This document shows positions 1 through 13,607 of a stretch of DNA of 64,000 bases, one piece after another. Where the stretch lies: NCBI GenBank assembly GCA_964016885.1, contig OZ024747.1, forward strand, positions 83,390,001 to 83,454,000, written 5' to 3'. Below the pieces are notes generated by a model. That model was given only the letters and a program-made list of their open reading frames with translations. It did not search any database and was not told where the DNA came from. This DNA comes from Eledone cirrhosa. Lineage: Eukaryota. A program made the translations under genes and the position numbers. The stretch's first letter is position 1; each line of letters begins with the position of its first letter.

Positions 1-1189
1 ATTAACCCGCAATGGAAACAATGATTTTAGTTTATTACGAAGTATCAGAAATATCGTGTATACGTTACGTATCAAAAATATCGATCGGTTTTCGTCTGTC
101 GGCTTAACACTGTTACAATGTGTGTGTGTATGTGTGTATATATATTCATCTGTTGGTTTAACGCAATACAGTATGCATATATATAATGGTTTGTCAGTTT
201 AACACCACATAGTTTAATGATAGCAAATATATGTACAAGGTTTCCCACTCGAGATGATTTATATTTGATTGCATCAACGCAATATATTACTGGTATTTTA
301 ACTAATCAAAATAGGAAGGCAAAGTCGAACTGGATGTGGTTTATATTCAGAATAGCAAAGTACGAAACCAGAAGCCGAAAACACATAAACCGGTTCATTC
401 ATAACGAGAAATATGATATAATTGAAAAACAAAATCAGAAAATGTCCCATAAACATTAAATTATAACTGGTTGCTTGTTGCAGTGATTGCGCTCAAAAAA
501 TCCCCGAAATAAATATACAACTGAGTATAATAAATAAGCACTACTTAACTATTCGTAAATACATGCAAAATGAACGGAGAGGAAGAGTCGCAGGGAGTGG
601 AAACCCTTATGTTTATATTTAAGTTGAAAAGCTTCCGTATATAGAAAATATTATATACAGAAACATATTCAACAGCAACCATTAACAGGCAACTTATATT
701 GAAAATATAATAGTTTGTTCATATTTATAATCGAATAAAACTAAGATCAGATACATAAATTTATTTATATTTACTTAAGTGTTAAAATTTGTACCAAATT
801 CTTTAAACATTTGAGATTATTTTACTTGTGTTGTTAGAAAAAGCATTCTTTCAACCCCGATCCTAAATGCAAAAAACAGGAGGAGAGGGGACTTCGTGTC
901 TAGTCATATAGATACCTGTGTATTTAAGACATCAGAAAACTTAACAATCTGAACATTAATATATATTAGCAAGCACATTGATTTTTCTAATGGTTGTTTG
1001 TCATCTCGGTGCTTTAAACATTTTTTTCTTCAGTACACAATGATATATTAATAGTAGTTGTATTAGTAATACATTGGGAGAAAAAGAAAATTATATACAT
1101 TTATTTTCATTTGTGTTGCATTACAAATAAACAGGAGTGGTGATCAAATAAGAATATATGTGGGTGTGTATGTAATATAGAGAAGCAAT

Positions 1190-1330
1190 TGCTGAAAATT
1201 CGAAGTCACTGCTATCGTTTTCATTCGGAAAATAGATATTACAATCGACTTACATGTATTGAGTGCTCATTCAATTAATGATTGAACGTTTTATGTATGT
1301 TAGTATTTAAAACACCCACTTCAGGGTGTG
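1190..1330 (+). repeat. Dispersed short repeat, copy 1: 3' half of a hammerhead (GAAA-attcgaag-TC) followed by the TATTGAGTGC box; Penelope-like terminal fragment
   Basis: Aligns by eye with 1815-1950 (+) and 50570-50700 (-): ctgaaa(c/a)ttcga(a/t)gtcac...tattgag(t/a)g(c/t)t(c/t)attca(a/g)ttaatg.ttgaac. Followed by microsatellite. Confidence 0.6.
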
Positions 1331-1355
1331 TGGGTCTCCCCCTCCCCTCTCTCTT

Positions 1356-1386
<31 letters not shown>

Positions 1387-1814
1387 TTATATATATTCAT
1401 ATAAATATATACAGATATAAATATATATAATATATATACACACACACACAATATATATGAATAGACATACAGGAAATACAAACAAAATGAAAATGCTATG
1501 ATCTCCCTACCTCAAGACGCCGACTAAATAATAGTTTTCTCTAATAAGGAGGAAATTCCATAATGTTGAATGAATATTCCAAAATGATCTGCGGTAATTT
1601 AAACAAATTAAAGATATGGACACATAGACGTCCTAGTTTTAATTCGAACACGCTGACATATTGTGAGGGAATTAATAATTTTCAAGGTGAAGCGAAAAAA
1701 TAGACAAACAACATTTGTTAATTATCGACGAAGAGGAGGAGAAGGAAGAGGAGTAAAAAATTGTGTGTGTATATGTATATATATGTATACACACACACTT
1801 GCAAAAAAAACAAA

Positions 1815-1950
1815 CGCTGAAACTTCGAAGTCACAGTAACATTTTCCTTGAGAAAACAATTTTTACACATTTCTCACATGTATTGAGTGTTTATTCAGTT
1901 AATGCTTGAACGTTTTATGTACACTAGTATTTGAAACACCCACTTCAGTG
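1815..1950 (+). repeat. Dispersed short repeat, copy 2 (local duplicate of 1190-1330)
   Basis: gctgaaacttcgaagtcac...tgtattgagtgtttattcagttaatgcttgaacgttttatgta...aaacacccacttcag is shared with copy 1. Confidence 0.65.
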
Positions 1951-3889
1951 TGTGTGTGTCTCTCTCCCCCTCTCTCTCTCTATATATATACATACACACA
2001 CACACAAGTTTTATATACTGATTGATGGATAGGTAAAGACAGTGGAATACTATATATATATATAATATGTGTGTGTGTATGTATGTATTATTAAGAAATG
2101 AAGTAGAGAGAGGTATTTATTTTGGATTTACCATAGAATAAATACTTGTTGGTGACCTTCGAATAAAAATCAAAGAATTTTATCGGAGCAAAAGAGAAGC
2201 GAATACGATAATAATACTAGTAATAATATGTGTAAAATAATTCGACCACCAGATTTCATATGGCTACAACAACAAAAATTATACATATTTGATCTTCTAC
2301 TAGACCGGCAACCCGATAGATAAATAATTCAGGGAAAAGCAAAGGGAGATATCCGTGGTGGTGATGGTGAAGGGTCTCCCCATATTTAACCACAGTAGAC
2401 TTTTCAACAATAATGACAACATATTTTACTCGAAGTAGAAATCAATCAATCAGAAAAAATTTATTTACCATATCAGCCGTCTCTATTCAAATAGAAGTGC
2501 TTTCTATTTTTTTTTTCTTTCCCCTTGCAAAAAAATATATCCTGAATGCGGCAGATTTATCGCAAAGGTTTAAATGCCAGCACTGTCATCTTACACCTCT
2601 TATGCGGAAATACAGACTGCGCAAGTCAAAATCAACACGGAAGTATCTGACTGGACGTAAAGGCGACTTTCAGAGTGTTCCTTATACGGAAATCCTTATT
2701 CGTCATATAAAATATATATTTTTTTCTGAGTGGGGTTATAAAATATTCTTTCTTTATGACAATTAACGACACATTTCGATTAAAAAGTGATATTTGTTTG
2801 TGGTATAATCTGCATTCGGTATTACATATTGAAATTATGAATATATTTGTAGTTGATGTTTACTTTTTATAGCGCTTATGTTAAACCATATTTTTATTTT
2901 CCTATTCCCTCGACATGTCAATTCATTCACTAATTTATAACGAAGTTTTCAACATTTGCTCTCATACTCCAGAAATTACTTCTCCGTATTTATAATATTT
3001 ACTTTATCCGCAATTTTAAGTAATTCGTTATTATTTGAAAAATGCTTAAATAAACAAAATCTTAATCCGGCTTCTTTTTTTTTCTCTCGAGGAAAATAAT
3101 AAATTTTTTTTCTCAGTAATTAACTGGAGACAAATTATTTATATATATATATATATATATGGCATTGGTTTTACTGGACTATATTTTACAAATATAATTT
3201 TATAAATGATGATAATCTTAGCTCTCATCTAGTAGACATAATCAAAGGAGCTTTGACGATATTGTCTTCCCCACCTCAGACATTGAGTATCTAGGACTAC
3301 ATTATCCAATGTGACCTTCATTATTTTAAGACAATAAGTATGATTCAACTGGAAATTTAGCTAATATTTTAACAAGTCGCTCGATCACGTAGAAGTTCTC
3401 TTGTCTTGACTGCGAGTGTTTGTTATACGGAGTATTCTATTAGTCTTGGTTAGCAGTTTAGTTTAAGGACGAACACTAATGTAACAAACATAATTGAGAT
3501 TAATGGTTTTATTTATTTAAAACATGAAAAAAAGGATGTGAGAAATCTTAGCTAAAAGAGACGGGAAAGTAACAATGTGAAATGAAATATTTCATTCAAA
3601 CAACCACGCGCCGCCCTGTCCAGCAATCGAACCCACAATTTTATGATCATAAGTCTAATACCCTAACCACGGAGCAAAATAAGGAGGAAGATCTAATGTA
3701 AAAAGAATGATTCATCAAATAATTTAGTAAATACGATAGTAACTTCTCATTAAGGTCAGCAGAAAAGATGACAATAAAATAAAAAACAAAACAAAACATT
3801 TCTTTATGGTCTGTGAGTCAAGTAAAAATACTGAAACCGTTTAGAAAAAAATAGCAAAGTGGAAAATAATTTCGAATAAATTATCACTG

Positions 3890-4140
3890 TACGTCTGTTT
3901 TCCTTGTTTGTATGGGTTGGACAGATTGTGACGGTTTGAGACAATATTGTTCAGATACCACGTCTTGCTCATACGTTCCATATATTGACATGGTTTCTGC
4001 CCTTCCTAACGCCAACCATTTTGCAGAGTGTGCCAGGTGCATTTTATCGTGGCACCCGCACCACTACTTTACAGAGTGTAGTTGAGACATTTATATTGTG
4101 ACACCAGCACTACTACTTTACAGAATGTACTGGGAGCATA
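3890..4140 (-). mobile_element. Degenerate RTE 3'-UTR-type repeat
   Basis: gcccttcctaacgccaaccattttgcagagtg and catgggttggac-like motifs are shared with the RTE 3' UTRs at 22920-23220 and 60317-60610. Confidence 0.55.
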
Positions 4141-5385
4141 TTTCCAAATACATTTGGATTTTTTATATTCCCTTGTTTAGCTCCAAGTCAACCTTGATCA
4201 AGCAGACCTATGATTAACTTTTAACATCATGTAATGATTTACCTGAAAATATCTAAAAGCAGGTTTGTTAATTCAAATGTTTATAGTTTCTTTACTTGTG
4301 AAAATTTGCAATAAACTAAAGTAAATTCTTAATTTTTTTAATGTGCTGCAGTCATAGTGCTAGTTTGTGTTTTTCCAGGATATGGACTCATGTTGTATAG
4401 GATGTTAAGGGTTAAAGGCAAGCCCATATTTAGGACTACATTATCCAATAAGCTCTCCAGTTTTTAACTCTTAAATCCTGTACCATATTAAACTACACTA
4501 GAAAGATATTCTTGTAAAGTATAAAACACCACCATGACTGCATCACATTAAAAATTAAAGTCTTTACACCAATATACAAGCTTTTTGAATATTTGCTGCA
4601 GGTCCCTGCATTCTGAGTTGAAATCCTACTGAAGTCCACTTTGCCTTTCATCCTTTTGGGGTTGATAAAGAAAGTCCCAGCTGGTGCATTCCTCTCTCTT
4701 TCCAGCTGTCACATCCTTGATGCTCTATCGGATCAAAGGAAGGAAGGCCGAGAGGGTGCCTGTATCTGTGATTGCATAGGAACATAGAACACTTAGCATG
4801 GCACATTTTACAAAGTGATGACCATAGTTCAGTAGCTTTTAGTTGGTTGAGTATTCCACAGAGACATGTACTCTTAAAATAATTCTCATGTAGAATCAGT
4901 ATGGTACAATATATAAGTCTGGCTCTTTGAATTAAAGGTACAATCCATCCAATGGGCATCTACACAGCTTTTATCTACCCAGTTTCACTCAAAAGACTTC
5001 AGTTAACTTGAGGTTGTGGTAAAGACACTTGCCCAAAATGCCAGACAATGGGATCAAACTTGAAACCTCATGATTGTAAAGTAAACTTCTTAACCACTCT
5101 GCCATGCCTGCATCTACAAAAGAAACAACATATTGGATAATATCTGAAAAGAAAAAAAAATAACAGGATGGTCATAGCTGGTTCATCTTTAATTATAACT
5201 GTGCTATATCAAGGTTCACCTTGGACTAATTAACTTCAACAACTATCATCCAGATCTGGAAGGCCATGTTCAAATTGGAAGAGATATTAGAGCATAGGAA
5301 AAAAATCTCTAGTGGCCTACTTAGGTGGTATACTTAATCTATTGCCCATTTTAACATCACTCTGTTCATGATCCTATGATGATAA

Positions 5386-5500
5386 TAATTGTTTCTACTT
5401 TAGGCACAAGGCCAGCAATTACCCAGTGCATTACTGGTACTTTATTTTATCAATCCCGTAAGGATGAAAGGCAAAGTCAACCTCGGCGGGATTTGAACTG
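5386..5500 (-). mobile_element. SINE family A, 5'-truncated
   Basis: Matches the 3' two-thirds of the full copy at 19126-19313 (gtttctactttaggcacaaggccagcaattacccag...aacctcggcgggatttgaac). Confidence 0.8.
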
Positions 5501-6273
5501 ATAGTGACAGTTAGACATATTAATAAAAACTGACATTCACACCTTGACACATACACAAATTTTGATACCCATTATTTTAATCCTTTCATTAACATATTTC
5601 TCATGAATTACGTTAAATGTATTTCAGTTGATGTTGAAAATAACAAGGAATTTGGAGGCTTTTGGTAAAATAACTTCATGAAGTTGACGTTTAAAGCATA
5701 ATAAAAAGTTCTTATACAAAATTATGTTGGAAGGTTTTAATATAAATATGAATATTTTAAAATTAAGAGTTTTATCACAGAACTAGGGCTGATTTCAGCT
5801 GGGCAGATATTAAAAGGGTTAATAACATCTTTGCTAGTGTGGTCATCCAGAAATAATCATTGAACCTAGGTTGGCTTAAAAAAAAAAGAAAAAAAGACAA
5901 GGTAGAGGTATTTTACAAGAGCTAGTGCCTCCTTGATTTAGAACTTCATCCAGGAATGGATAAGGAAGGAAGCAACAGAACTCTATCTTGCCAAAAAGAT
6001 ACCCTAGACAATGTATGGAATGATGTCATTTTCATCAACTGTGGTAGTGCATGTGGAAGCATGTGTCTGATTTGTTATTTTCTTTCCAACTGTTAAATTA
6101 CAGCAATTCAAATTACACATAACTTACACTAATCTCAACCAATTATCCTAATCCTCCAAACTAGAAGGACTGTAAAAGGTCATAGGTACTGATTAACAAA
6201 TAATTTAGATTAACAAAATAAAAAATCCCATACATCATCATCATCATATGCACATATTTTGGACAAGTGTGTG

Positions 6274-6304
<31 letters not shown>

Positions 6305-6305
<1 letters not shown>

Positions 6306-6509
6306 ACGAAGGAAATGTGGTAAGGAACCAGATGGACCATAACGCACCAAAGTACTCAATACTTAGGGTAGTAGAGTGGGTAATAGGAACGAGTAGGACC
6401 TCGACGGCTGAGCTCAAGCCGTTTTGACGGCTAATTCGGGACGAATTTAGTCCAGAATTAGCCATCGAAACGGCTTGAGCTCAGCCGTCGGGGTCCTACT
6501 CGTTCCTAT
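6305..6509 (-). mobile_element. (TA)n-embedded hairpin cassette: near-perfect palindrome (6383-6509) plus TATTGAGTAC box (6352-6361, minus strand)
   Basis: ataggaacgagtaggacc...ggtcctactcgttcctat arms of about 60 bp with a few mismatches. (TA)n on both sides. Confidence 0.7.
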
Positions 6510-6583
6510 ATATATATATATATTTCGTTTCTGAATTTGTTTAGCAAGATTCTTTATCTGAAAACGTGTGTTGAAACCGATAT

Positions 6584-6886
6584 TGTTATACTTTGGGAGG
6601 GTCATGTTGCCAATAAGACACACACACACAAACAAGATGGCGTAGGACAGAACAAAGGAGAGGCACAAAAACAAAGAAAAGAATCCCCAGTCACTGAAGA
6701 GGTCACAGAATGTGTGACGAAAGAACTTTGACAATATATAAACAACCATCTGGTTGTGGAACCAACCAACCAACCAACCAGAAATTTATAAATTCCTAAA
6801 TTTATAAATTTATTAGAATAAATTGAAGTGAAAGCAACTGGTGCGTGTGTTTCTTATTGGCAACATGACCCTCCCAAAGTATAACA
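6584..6886. mobile_element. MITE-like element with about 35-bp terminal inverted repeats (TGTTATAC...GTATAACA), flanked by ATAT, carrying an internal hammerhead-like motif
   Basis: tgttatactttgggagggtcatgttgccaataaga at the left end and its reverse complement at the right end. ATAT at 6580-6583 and 6887-6890. Confidence 0.7.
6690..6732 (+). ncRNA. Putative minimal type-I hammerhead ribozyme
   Basis: gtca CTGAAGA g gtcaca-gaatg-tgtgac GAAA gaac TT tgac: 4-bp stem I, 6-bp stem II with one extra G, 1-bp stem III. Confidence 0.6.
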
Positions 6887-6983
6887 ATATATATATATAT
6901 ATATATAAATTGATGAGCAGAACAAACAAACATTAAATAATCCTTTAAATAAATAAAAAAATGATTTAAACCTCATTTTTATA

Positions 6984-7021
<38 letters not shown>

Positions 7022-7439
7022 GCAGAAGATAGATTGCTTATACATGGTTGTTACGTCTGAGTGATCCAAAAGCACTTCATGTCAGTAGTTTATCCCAGCT
7101 AAGAGTTGGTGATTAGGAGTGAAGGAGTATTCAGTTATCAAATAAGAGTTGTGTAGACAGGGTTATTTGATGTATATATATAGATATATACATACACACA
7201 CACACATCATCATCATCATCGTTTAACGTCTATCTTCCACGCTAACATGGGTTTAGACGGGAATTGTCCCACGTGAGGCAAGATTGGTTGTCTTGCTCAT
7301 ATAGGACTGTCTGGCAGGTTTTCTACGGCTGGATGCCCTAATCTCAACCAATATATATATATATATATATATACATATATAGTCCTACCCATACTAGCAT
7401 GGAAAATTGAACATTAAATGATGATGATATGATATATGA

Positions 7440-7872
7440 TGATGGCTGGTGACTGCAACTCAATGTCGAGTAATGCTATCTCTTGATAATTTAAGCATGA
7501 GCATCATGGACATGGCTTTTTAGTCCTGTGCTTGAAGCTTTTTTAAGTGACAAAAGGCTTTGCACGGGGCCAATCCTACTCTCTAAGTATCGAAAGTATT
7601 TACCTAATAAATAAACTGGTCTACATCATTGGATGCAAACAAAGTCGCAGGTTTTATATTAGAGGGACCTCCTAGAGAGATGTTTCAATGAAAACTAAGG
7701 GTCTCTTGCTCCACAATGATGGGTTTTGTTTTTCATCCTGCAGGGTGTCCCAAAACCCCCTTTTCACCAAGCAAACTTGGTGGGGTTGTTGGTTTAAACG
7801 GCACACTGACCCGATCATGCACAGGTTGTACGGGGTTACATGTTACCAGTAGCACTGGAGAGCGACCCTGAC
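7440..7872 (+). mobile_element. Retroposon 3' end, family D (ends ttacatgttaccagtagcactggagagcgaccctgaca + microsatellite)
   Basis: The same terminus recurs at about 8390-8545 (+) and 10490-10625 (-). Confidence 0.6.
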
Positions 7873-7897
7873 ACACACATATATATGTATATATGTA

Positions 7898-7936
<39 letters not shown>

Positions 7937-7938
<2 letters not shown>

Positions 7939-8330
7939 GGTGGCTGCCAACTCGTTTTCGAGTACGGCCACTACTTTATATCCATGTAGGAGAAGCTCTA
8001 CCGAAGCGCTGAACGAGTGTGACTTTTTAGTCCAGCCAGCGACGTGAAAACTCTGGTACAAACACTACATTTGTGACAATTATTGACACAGTGCTGGGCC
8101 CATGGTACCATGTGACGACAAGAGCAGAGAGATATCCAGATATAAAGCAATGCCTGTGCCGTGAAGCTTTTATAGTGAGCAAAGGCACTGCACAAAGCCA
8201 GTCCCACTTTCTTAACCAAGATAATATTTACCAAAAAGAAGAACAAGTCAACATCATTGGATACCATCAGGGTTGCAGGTGTTATATCAGAGTATTCCTT
8301 CTCCTAGAATTCTGCCTTGACAAAGGCTAA
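7937..8330 (-). mobile_element. LINE (RTE/BovB-like) 3' end with C-terminal C2H2 finger, degenerate
   Basis: Minus strand encodes HKCSVCTRVFTSLAGLKSHTR*, then a short UTR ending gcagccacc + microsatellite, similar to the terminus at 10120-10245. Confidence 0.6.
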
Positions 8331-8781
8331 GGGGTCATCTCTCCCGGTGATTGTGGATAGCCATTGACTCTTAAGAGCTCCTTTGCCCTTTGACAGGTTT
8401 TGTTTTTAGTCCTGCAGGATGTCCAAAGTCACCCTCCTCACCAAGAAACCTTGGTCGGGTTGCCAGTTTAGTCGCCAACGACCCGACCATGGGACAGGTT
8501 GTACTGGGATACATGTTACCTGTAGCACCAACTGGTGACCTGACATATATACATATATATATATATACATACATATATACATACATATATACATACGTAC
8601 ATACATACATACGTACGTACATACATACATACATACGTATGCACATGTACTTTTATAAATATGAGAATGACTTTTCATTCTGACATGTTATATTAAAAAC
8701 ACAAATGTATTCAAATTTAATGTTTTTTCATTGAGAATTTTCCATATTTTCTTATTAGTTCTTTATGTTTGGAGCAATAAT

Positions 8782-8926
8782 TGTTTCTACTTTAGGCACA
8801 AGGCCAGCAATAATTCAGTACATTACTGGTACCTTATTTTATCGACCCCGTAAGGATGAAAGGGACGTAACTATGCTAGAAAGCATGGCGTCCAACCCTC
8901 TACCGATACTGCCAATTCACCGACCG
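8782..8926 (-). mobile_element. SINE family A, internally deleted, with 13-bp TSD
   Basis: TSD ttggagcaataat at 8769-8781 and 8927-8939. Deletion junction gatgaaagg|gacgtaac relative to 19126-19313. Confidence 0.85.
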
Positions 8927-9419
8927 TTGGAGCAATAATATTCCCAAATCCATAGGTCTATTATCTAATACTGAAACTAGTAAAACGCAGTAACTGTAAA
9001 ATATATATTAGGAATTATAAAAGTGGGCTTTGCCTGACCAAAATAACTCCACTGAGATGCTTCAAAATGTAAATTAAATTAATGGGAATCCGATAGTCCC
9101 TATATATATATTTTTTATATTTTATCAATATTCTTTTTAGGAGACGGTATAAGAGAAGAAGACAATTTTAGTAGCAATTAGCAGAAAAGAAGAAAAAGAT
9201 GCAAGGGAAGTAACTCTATAATACTATTACAAGAGTTGCTCGTTATTCTATGTATATATAAGAAAATTATGTATGCATGCATATATGTATGTATCATCAT
9301 CATCATATGTATGCATCATCATCATCATCATCATCATCGATTAACATCTATCTTCCACACTAGCATGAGTTAGACGGGTCCCATTGAAGCCAAGGTAAAA
9401 GTGTATCTGACTTGTGTCC

Positions 9420-10245
9420 TCTCCTCTTTGCTTTCTGCTTGTGAAACGTGGGTCACATTCAGAAAACACCTCAAGGAACTGGAGAGGTTTCACCAACAAT
9501 CTCTTTGAAAGATACTTGGGGTGCGATGGAAAATGTTCGTCAGCGATTTGGAAGTTCTTGAACGGAGCAGGTGCATCAGTATAGAGAGCATGATCTTTCG
9601 GCATCGGTTGAGGTGGTGCGGTCACATGGTCCAGAAACCTGATGATTGTATTCCAAAGCTTCTCCACAGTGAACTGTGCGAAGGAAGGTGACCACCTCAC
9701 AAACCAAAAATGCGGTATTGGGACTGTGTTAAGGGCACCTTGGCTTGCGCTGGAATTTCATCTGACGAATGGGAGAAAATAGCTGAGGAGTGTGTGAAAT
9801 GGAGATGTTTGATCAAGTCAGGAAGTGAACACTTTGAAACTCTTTGAAGAGAATACCAAATACTAAAAAGGAAGGTGAGGAAAAGGGACTATTCTGAACT
9901 GTCTGTTGTTGAGCAACATCTGGTTGCCAGCACTGTGGTCGAGTCTGCCTGAACAAAACTGGTCTGATAAAACATAAACAAAGTCATATCAGTAGACCTC
10001 ATGTGGATTACAAACAGCTTGATCTGAAAAGGTGTAGGAAATGTGGCAAGAAATATGCAAGCATATGGGAGGTCTTAATGAATATATGAGAACGCACAGT
10101 CAGAACCAAGCAGTGGAAAGTCCCAGAGGAGTCTACAGTTGCCCTGTATGTGCCAGAGGGTGCAAGTCTTTGGCTGGTTTGAGCATTTTTGAGCATCTCA
10201 ACAGACAATGGCAGTGCTCGAACATGAATTTGCAGCCATCATCTA
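9420..10245 (+). mobile_element. RTE/BovB-like LINE 3' fragment (pseudogenised), C2H2 fingers, (TGTA)n tail
   Basis: Plus strand reads ETWVTFRKHLKELERFHQQSL*KILGVRW...RLRWCGH...; later CRKCGKKYASIW and SCPVCARGCKSLAGL; followed by (tatg)n. Confidence 0.75.
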
Positions 10246-11255
10246 TGTATGTATGTATGTATGTATGTATGTATGTATGTATGTATGTATGTATGTATGC
10301 ATGCATGTATGTATATTATTTAAATTTATTTAGAAGCTTCAATGCACATACTTTTTTTTTTTTTACTATCTTTCAATAAAATACATACCTGCTCAACGTT
10401 TCTAAAAGTAGAATATATATATATATTATATCTATCTATATATATATACATAAATATTGTCTATTTATATATATGTATGGTCTATTTTGTGTCAGGTCAC
10501 TCTTGAGTGCTATTGGTAACATGTAACCCAGCACAAATTGTCACATGGTCGAGTTGTCGGCTACTAAACCAGCAACCCCATCAAATTTGCTTGGTTTGGA
10601 CAGAATGAAATAAAAGACCCAACAAATGGCAGAGGAACTCAACAGAGTCAATGGCCATCCAAATAGTGTGTACATGTTTGTGTGTGTGTGCCTTCTATCT
10701 ATATATACTTTTATATATACATTTAACATTTTTCATTTTTCATTCTTTTTATCTTTTAACATTTTTTTTTTACTTATCATGCTTGGTGCCCTTTGGCATG
10801 TGTTGCCTGTGGGGGTAATACAACTAATGAGGCTCTGATTAAGGAGGATTAAGGACCCCACAATGGGTAATTGGTGCATGGCCCATAACTGTGTGGATAT
10901 GCCCTGGTTTTATACCAATCTCTACCCCAGCTTATGGGCAAATAGTACCTGCAATAGGTTGCTTCTGCAGCTGTCTCAGCTCTGCTATGGTGCCGGTTTC
11001 CAGTGCATCTTGCCAAGGGATGCTGCAGTGTGCTGGGCAGCACTGTCATCTTTTAGTGCAGCCTACTTTTTATGAGATGAGTAACACTGAATCTTCCTCC
11101 TAATGCTACTGTGTATGAGGTAACCAATGTGCCACATTATATGGCAATGGTGGAAAGTGAACTAAGTCCATATAGTTCTACCATTTCGAGGTAATTGATG
11201 ATAATTCAATTTCAATAAACAACAGAGCTTCTTAGAGGGAGAGGCAATTGCTTAA

Positions 11256-11468
11256 CCCTTTACATTACTCTATATTTACTATTGTATTTTCACAGCAAAA
11301 GCTTTACCTCACATAATTATCTCATATAATATCGAATCTATGAGATTTGATATTATTTATTTTGAGAACAATACCTTAACGTCAGTATAAGTGGCCAGTT
11401 ACAACTGATTTGAACAGTAAGAGGTGAGAGAATTCCGGCTGGATATGGCCAGTTTAAATGTTAAAGGG
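11256..11468. mobile_element. piggyBac-type MITE (TTAA TSD)
   Basis: ttaa|cccttta...taaaggg|ttaa; homologous to 13608-13814 and 17423-17630. Confidence 0.8.
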
Positions 11469-12489
11469 TTAATCTAGCAGCTTTGGAATGCTTGAACTAC
11501 AAACGATGATACAAATGGAACGAATACCATGAACATTTTATCTGACACCTGAAAATATACAATACTATATATTAATATTTTATTTTTAATATTTTATTTA
11601 ATTCTTTTGATACTAAACCTCATTCTATGACACTGAGTTGTATATTTTAAAGTGTTAATGTTTATCTAAAACCTTCCTACAGAATTTTACTTTGTTAATT
11701 TCTGTTCCGAACACTAGTTTAATAATGAAAAAATTAGATATATTATTAAACCCCTCCAAATTCTTGATTATTTTTCAAAATGGCTGAAACCAGTAAAAGA
11801 ATAAAATAACAATATATCATAAATGATGGTGATCTGAGAATGCTATGTTGAGGAATGTTGCATTTTATTTGATGTTGTGTCATTGATTTTTATGATAGCA
11901 TTGAACGTATTTAACTTTTGGAGTCCAGGATTGGTGTACTATGTATACCAGGATTACCTGATATATGAACAAACATACAAACTGGGAAATTTGCATTTTG
12001 ATAAATTATGGGCTTGCATAAAAGAAACCTTATAGTTTATATTGATTACTGATACGTGAATGTTATTAAAGATAAAAATAACATTTTAATCATTTATTTC
12101 ATTATCATCATCATCAACGTTTTTAGGTTTGTTTTTCCACATTTGCATGGGTTGAACGGGTCCTTTTCAGCACATCATCACCCCCTTCACTTGCTGCATT
12201 CCTTTGTCCAAGTCTTCCTTGGTCTACCTCTATGCTGGCTTGACTCTACTGGGATTTCCTAGTTGAAATAAGGTGTATTATTTCATTAGAAATATTGTGA
12301 TGAAAGGATTAAACAAAAGGAATCCACTAATATGCAAATCAATGAGGGAACTTATACACAGTCACATGATCTGACAGAATAATATAGTCCCAGAGACATG
12401 ATGAGATAGTTGTGGATGAAGCTCATTTGATCATAGGTCTACATAAATTCAAACAGACCTAGGGCTAAATAACAACACCAACAACAACA

Positions 12490-12710
12490 ATAATGACAAA
12501 CATAATGATTAAAATGAGAACAATGATGTCAAAGATAAAAAGGACCACAATGGTGTTGATGATTATGATGATGATAGCAATAATAAAAATGATGATAATG
12601 ATGATAATGATAATAATGATGATGATGATGGTGATGATGTTGATGACAATGATAATGATGATGATGATAATGATGATAATGATGATAATGATAATGATGA
12701 TGATGACAGA
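12490..12710. repeat. (ATG/ATA)n trinucleotide microsatellite
   Basis: Direct inspection. Confidence 0.9.
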
Positions 12711-13607
12711 AATTAAAGATTTCTGATTTTAATACAAATAAATAAAAAAATTAAAATTAAAATTAAACAAAAACATGCAAATTGTAACATGCTATGTGGA
12801 GGAAAAAAAAAGAAAAGAAAATGATTAATAGATATCAACAAACAACAACAACCAAGTGTTTTGAGGTCATTTACTTTGCTAAAGTAGGGGTCAACTTCGC
12901 AGGAGGCCCATGACAAACCTTTCCATGTTGTCCTATTGTCTGCATCCTTCTTCTCCAACCCCTTGGTTCTCATTGTAAGTATGAGTAAACATAATTTTTT
13001 AGTCTACTTTATTATTATGTTAAATAGCAATAAAACTGAATTGTGTAGACAGCACATCAAATTAACATATTTTCTCTAACCTTCCTTGATATATTAAAGC
13101 TTGTATATTTTAGGTCAGACACATATTCAACAAAACACTGAGTAAGAGTTATGTTCCATTCAAGAGCCACAACAACAAACTAGAACTTGTAACCACATCA
13201 TGTTTCCATAGCAATGATTAATCTGTTATGCAATATATCTTGTTGCTAGATATGTGGATATCGCAATTGTGGCTTAAATTTCTTAAATGAGCTAGCAGAA
13301 CAAACATGATATTATAACTAGTTAGTTTGTGTGACTTCTATAAAATGGTGACAAACTGGGTGAGTTGTCAGAGCATGGAACGAAACTTCTTGGGATATTT
13401 GTTCTAGTTGTTTGCATTCTGAGTTGAAATCCATTAATTGTCAAATTTTCCAGATGTAGGCATGGCTGAATCATTAAGAAATTTACTTTGCAATTGTGAA
13501 GTCCTAGGTGTGATCCCACTCTATGGTACCTTGGGTATGTGTCTTTACTGTAAACTTAGGTCGACCCATGCCTTGTAAGTGAAATAGGGTAGACAGAAAC
13601 TGTTTAA

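Noticed and set aside
217-2766. ORFs 217-459 and 2413-2766 as genes
   Set aside because: AT-rich, compositionally random peptides with no recognisable homology or exon structure.
10790-11160. GC-richer stretch with overlapping short ORFs; possible LTR-retroelement RNase H remnant or exon
   Set aside because: No convincing motif or splice structure could be established by eye.
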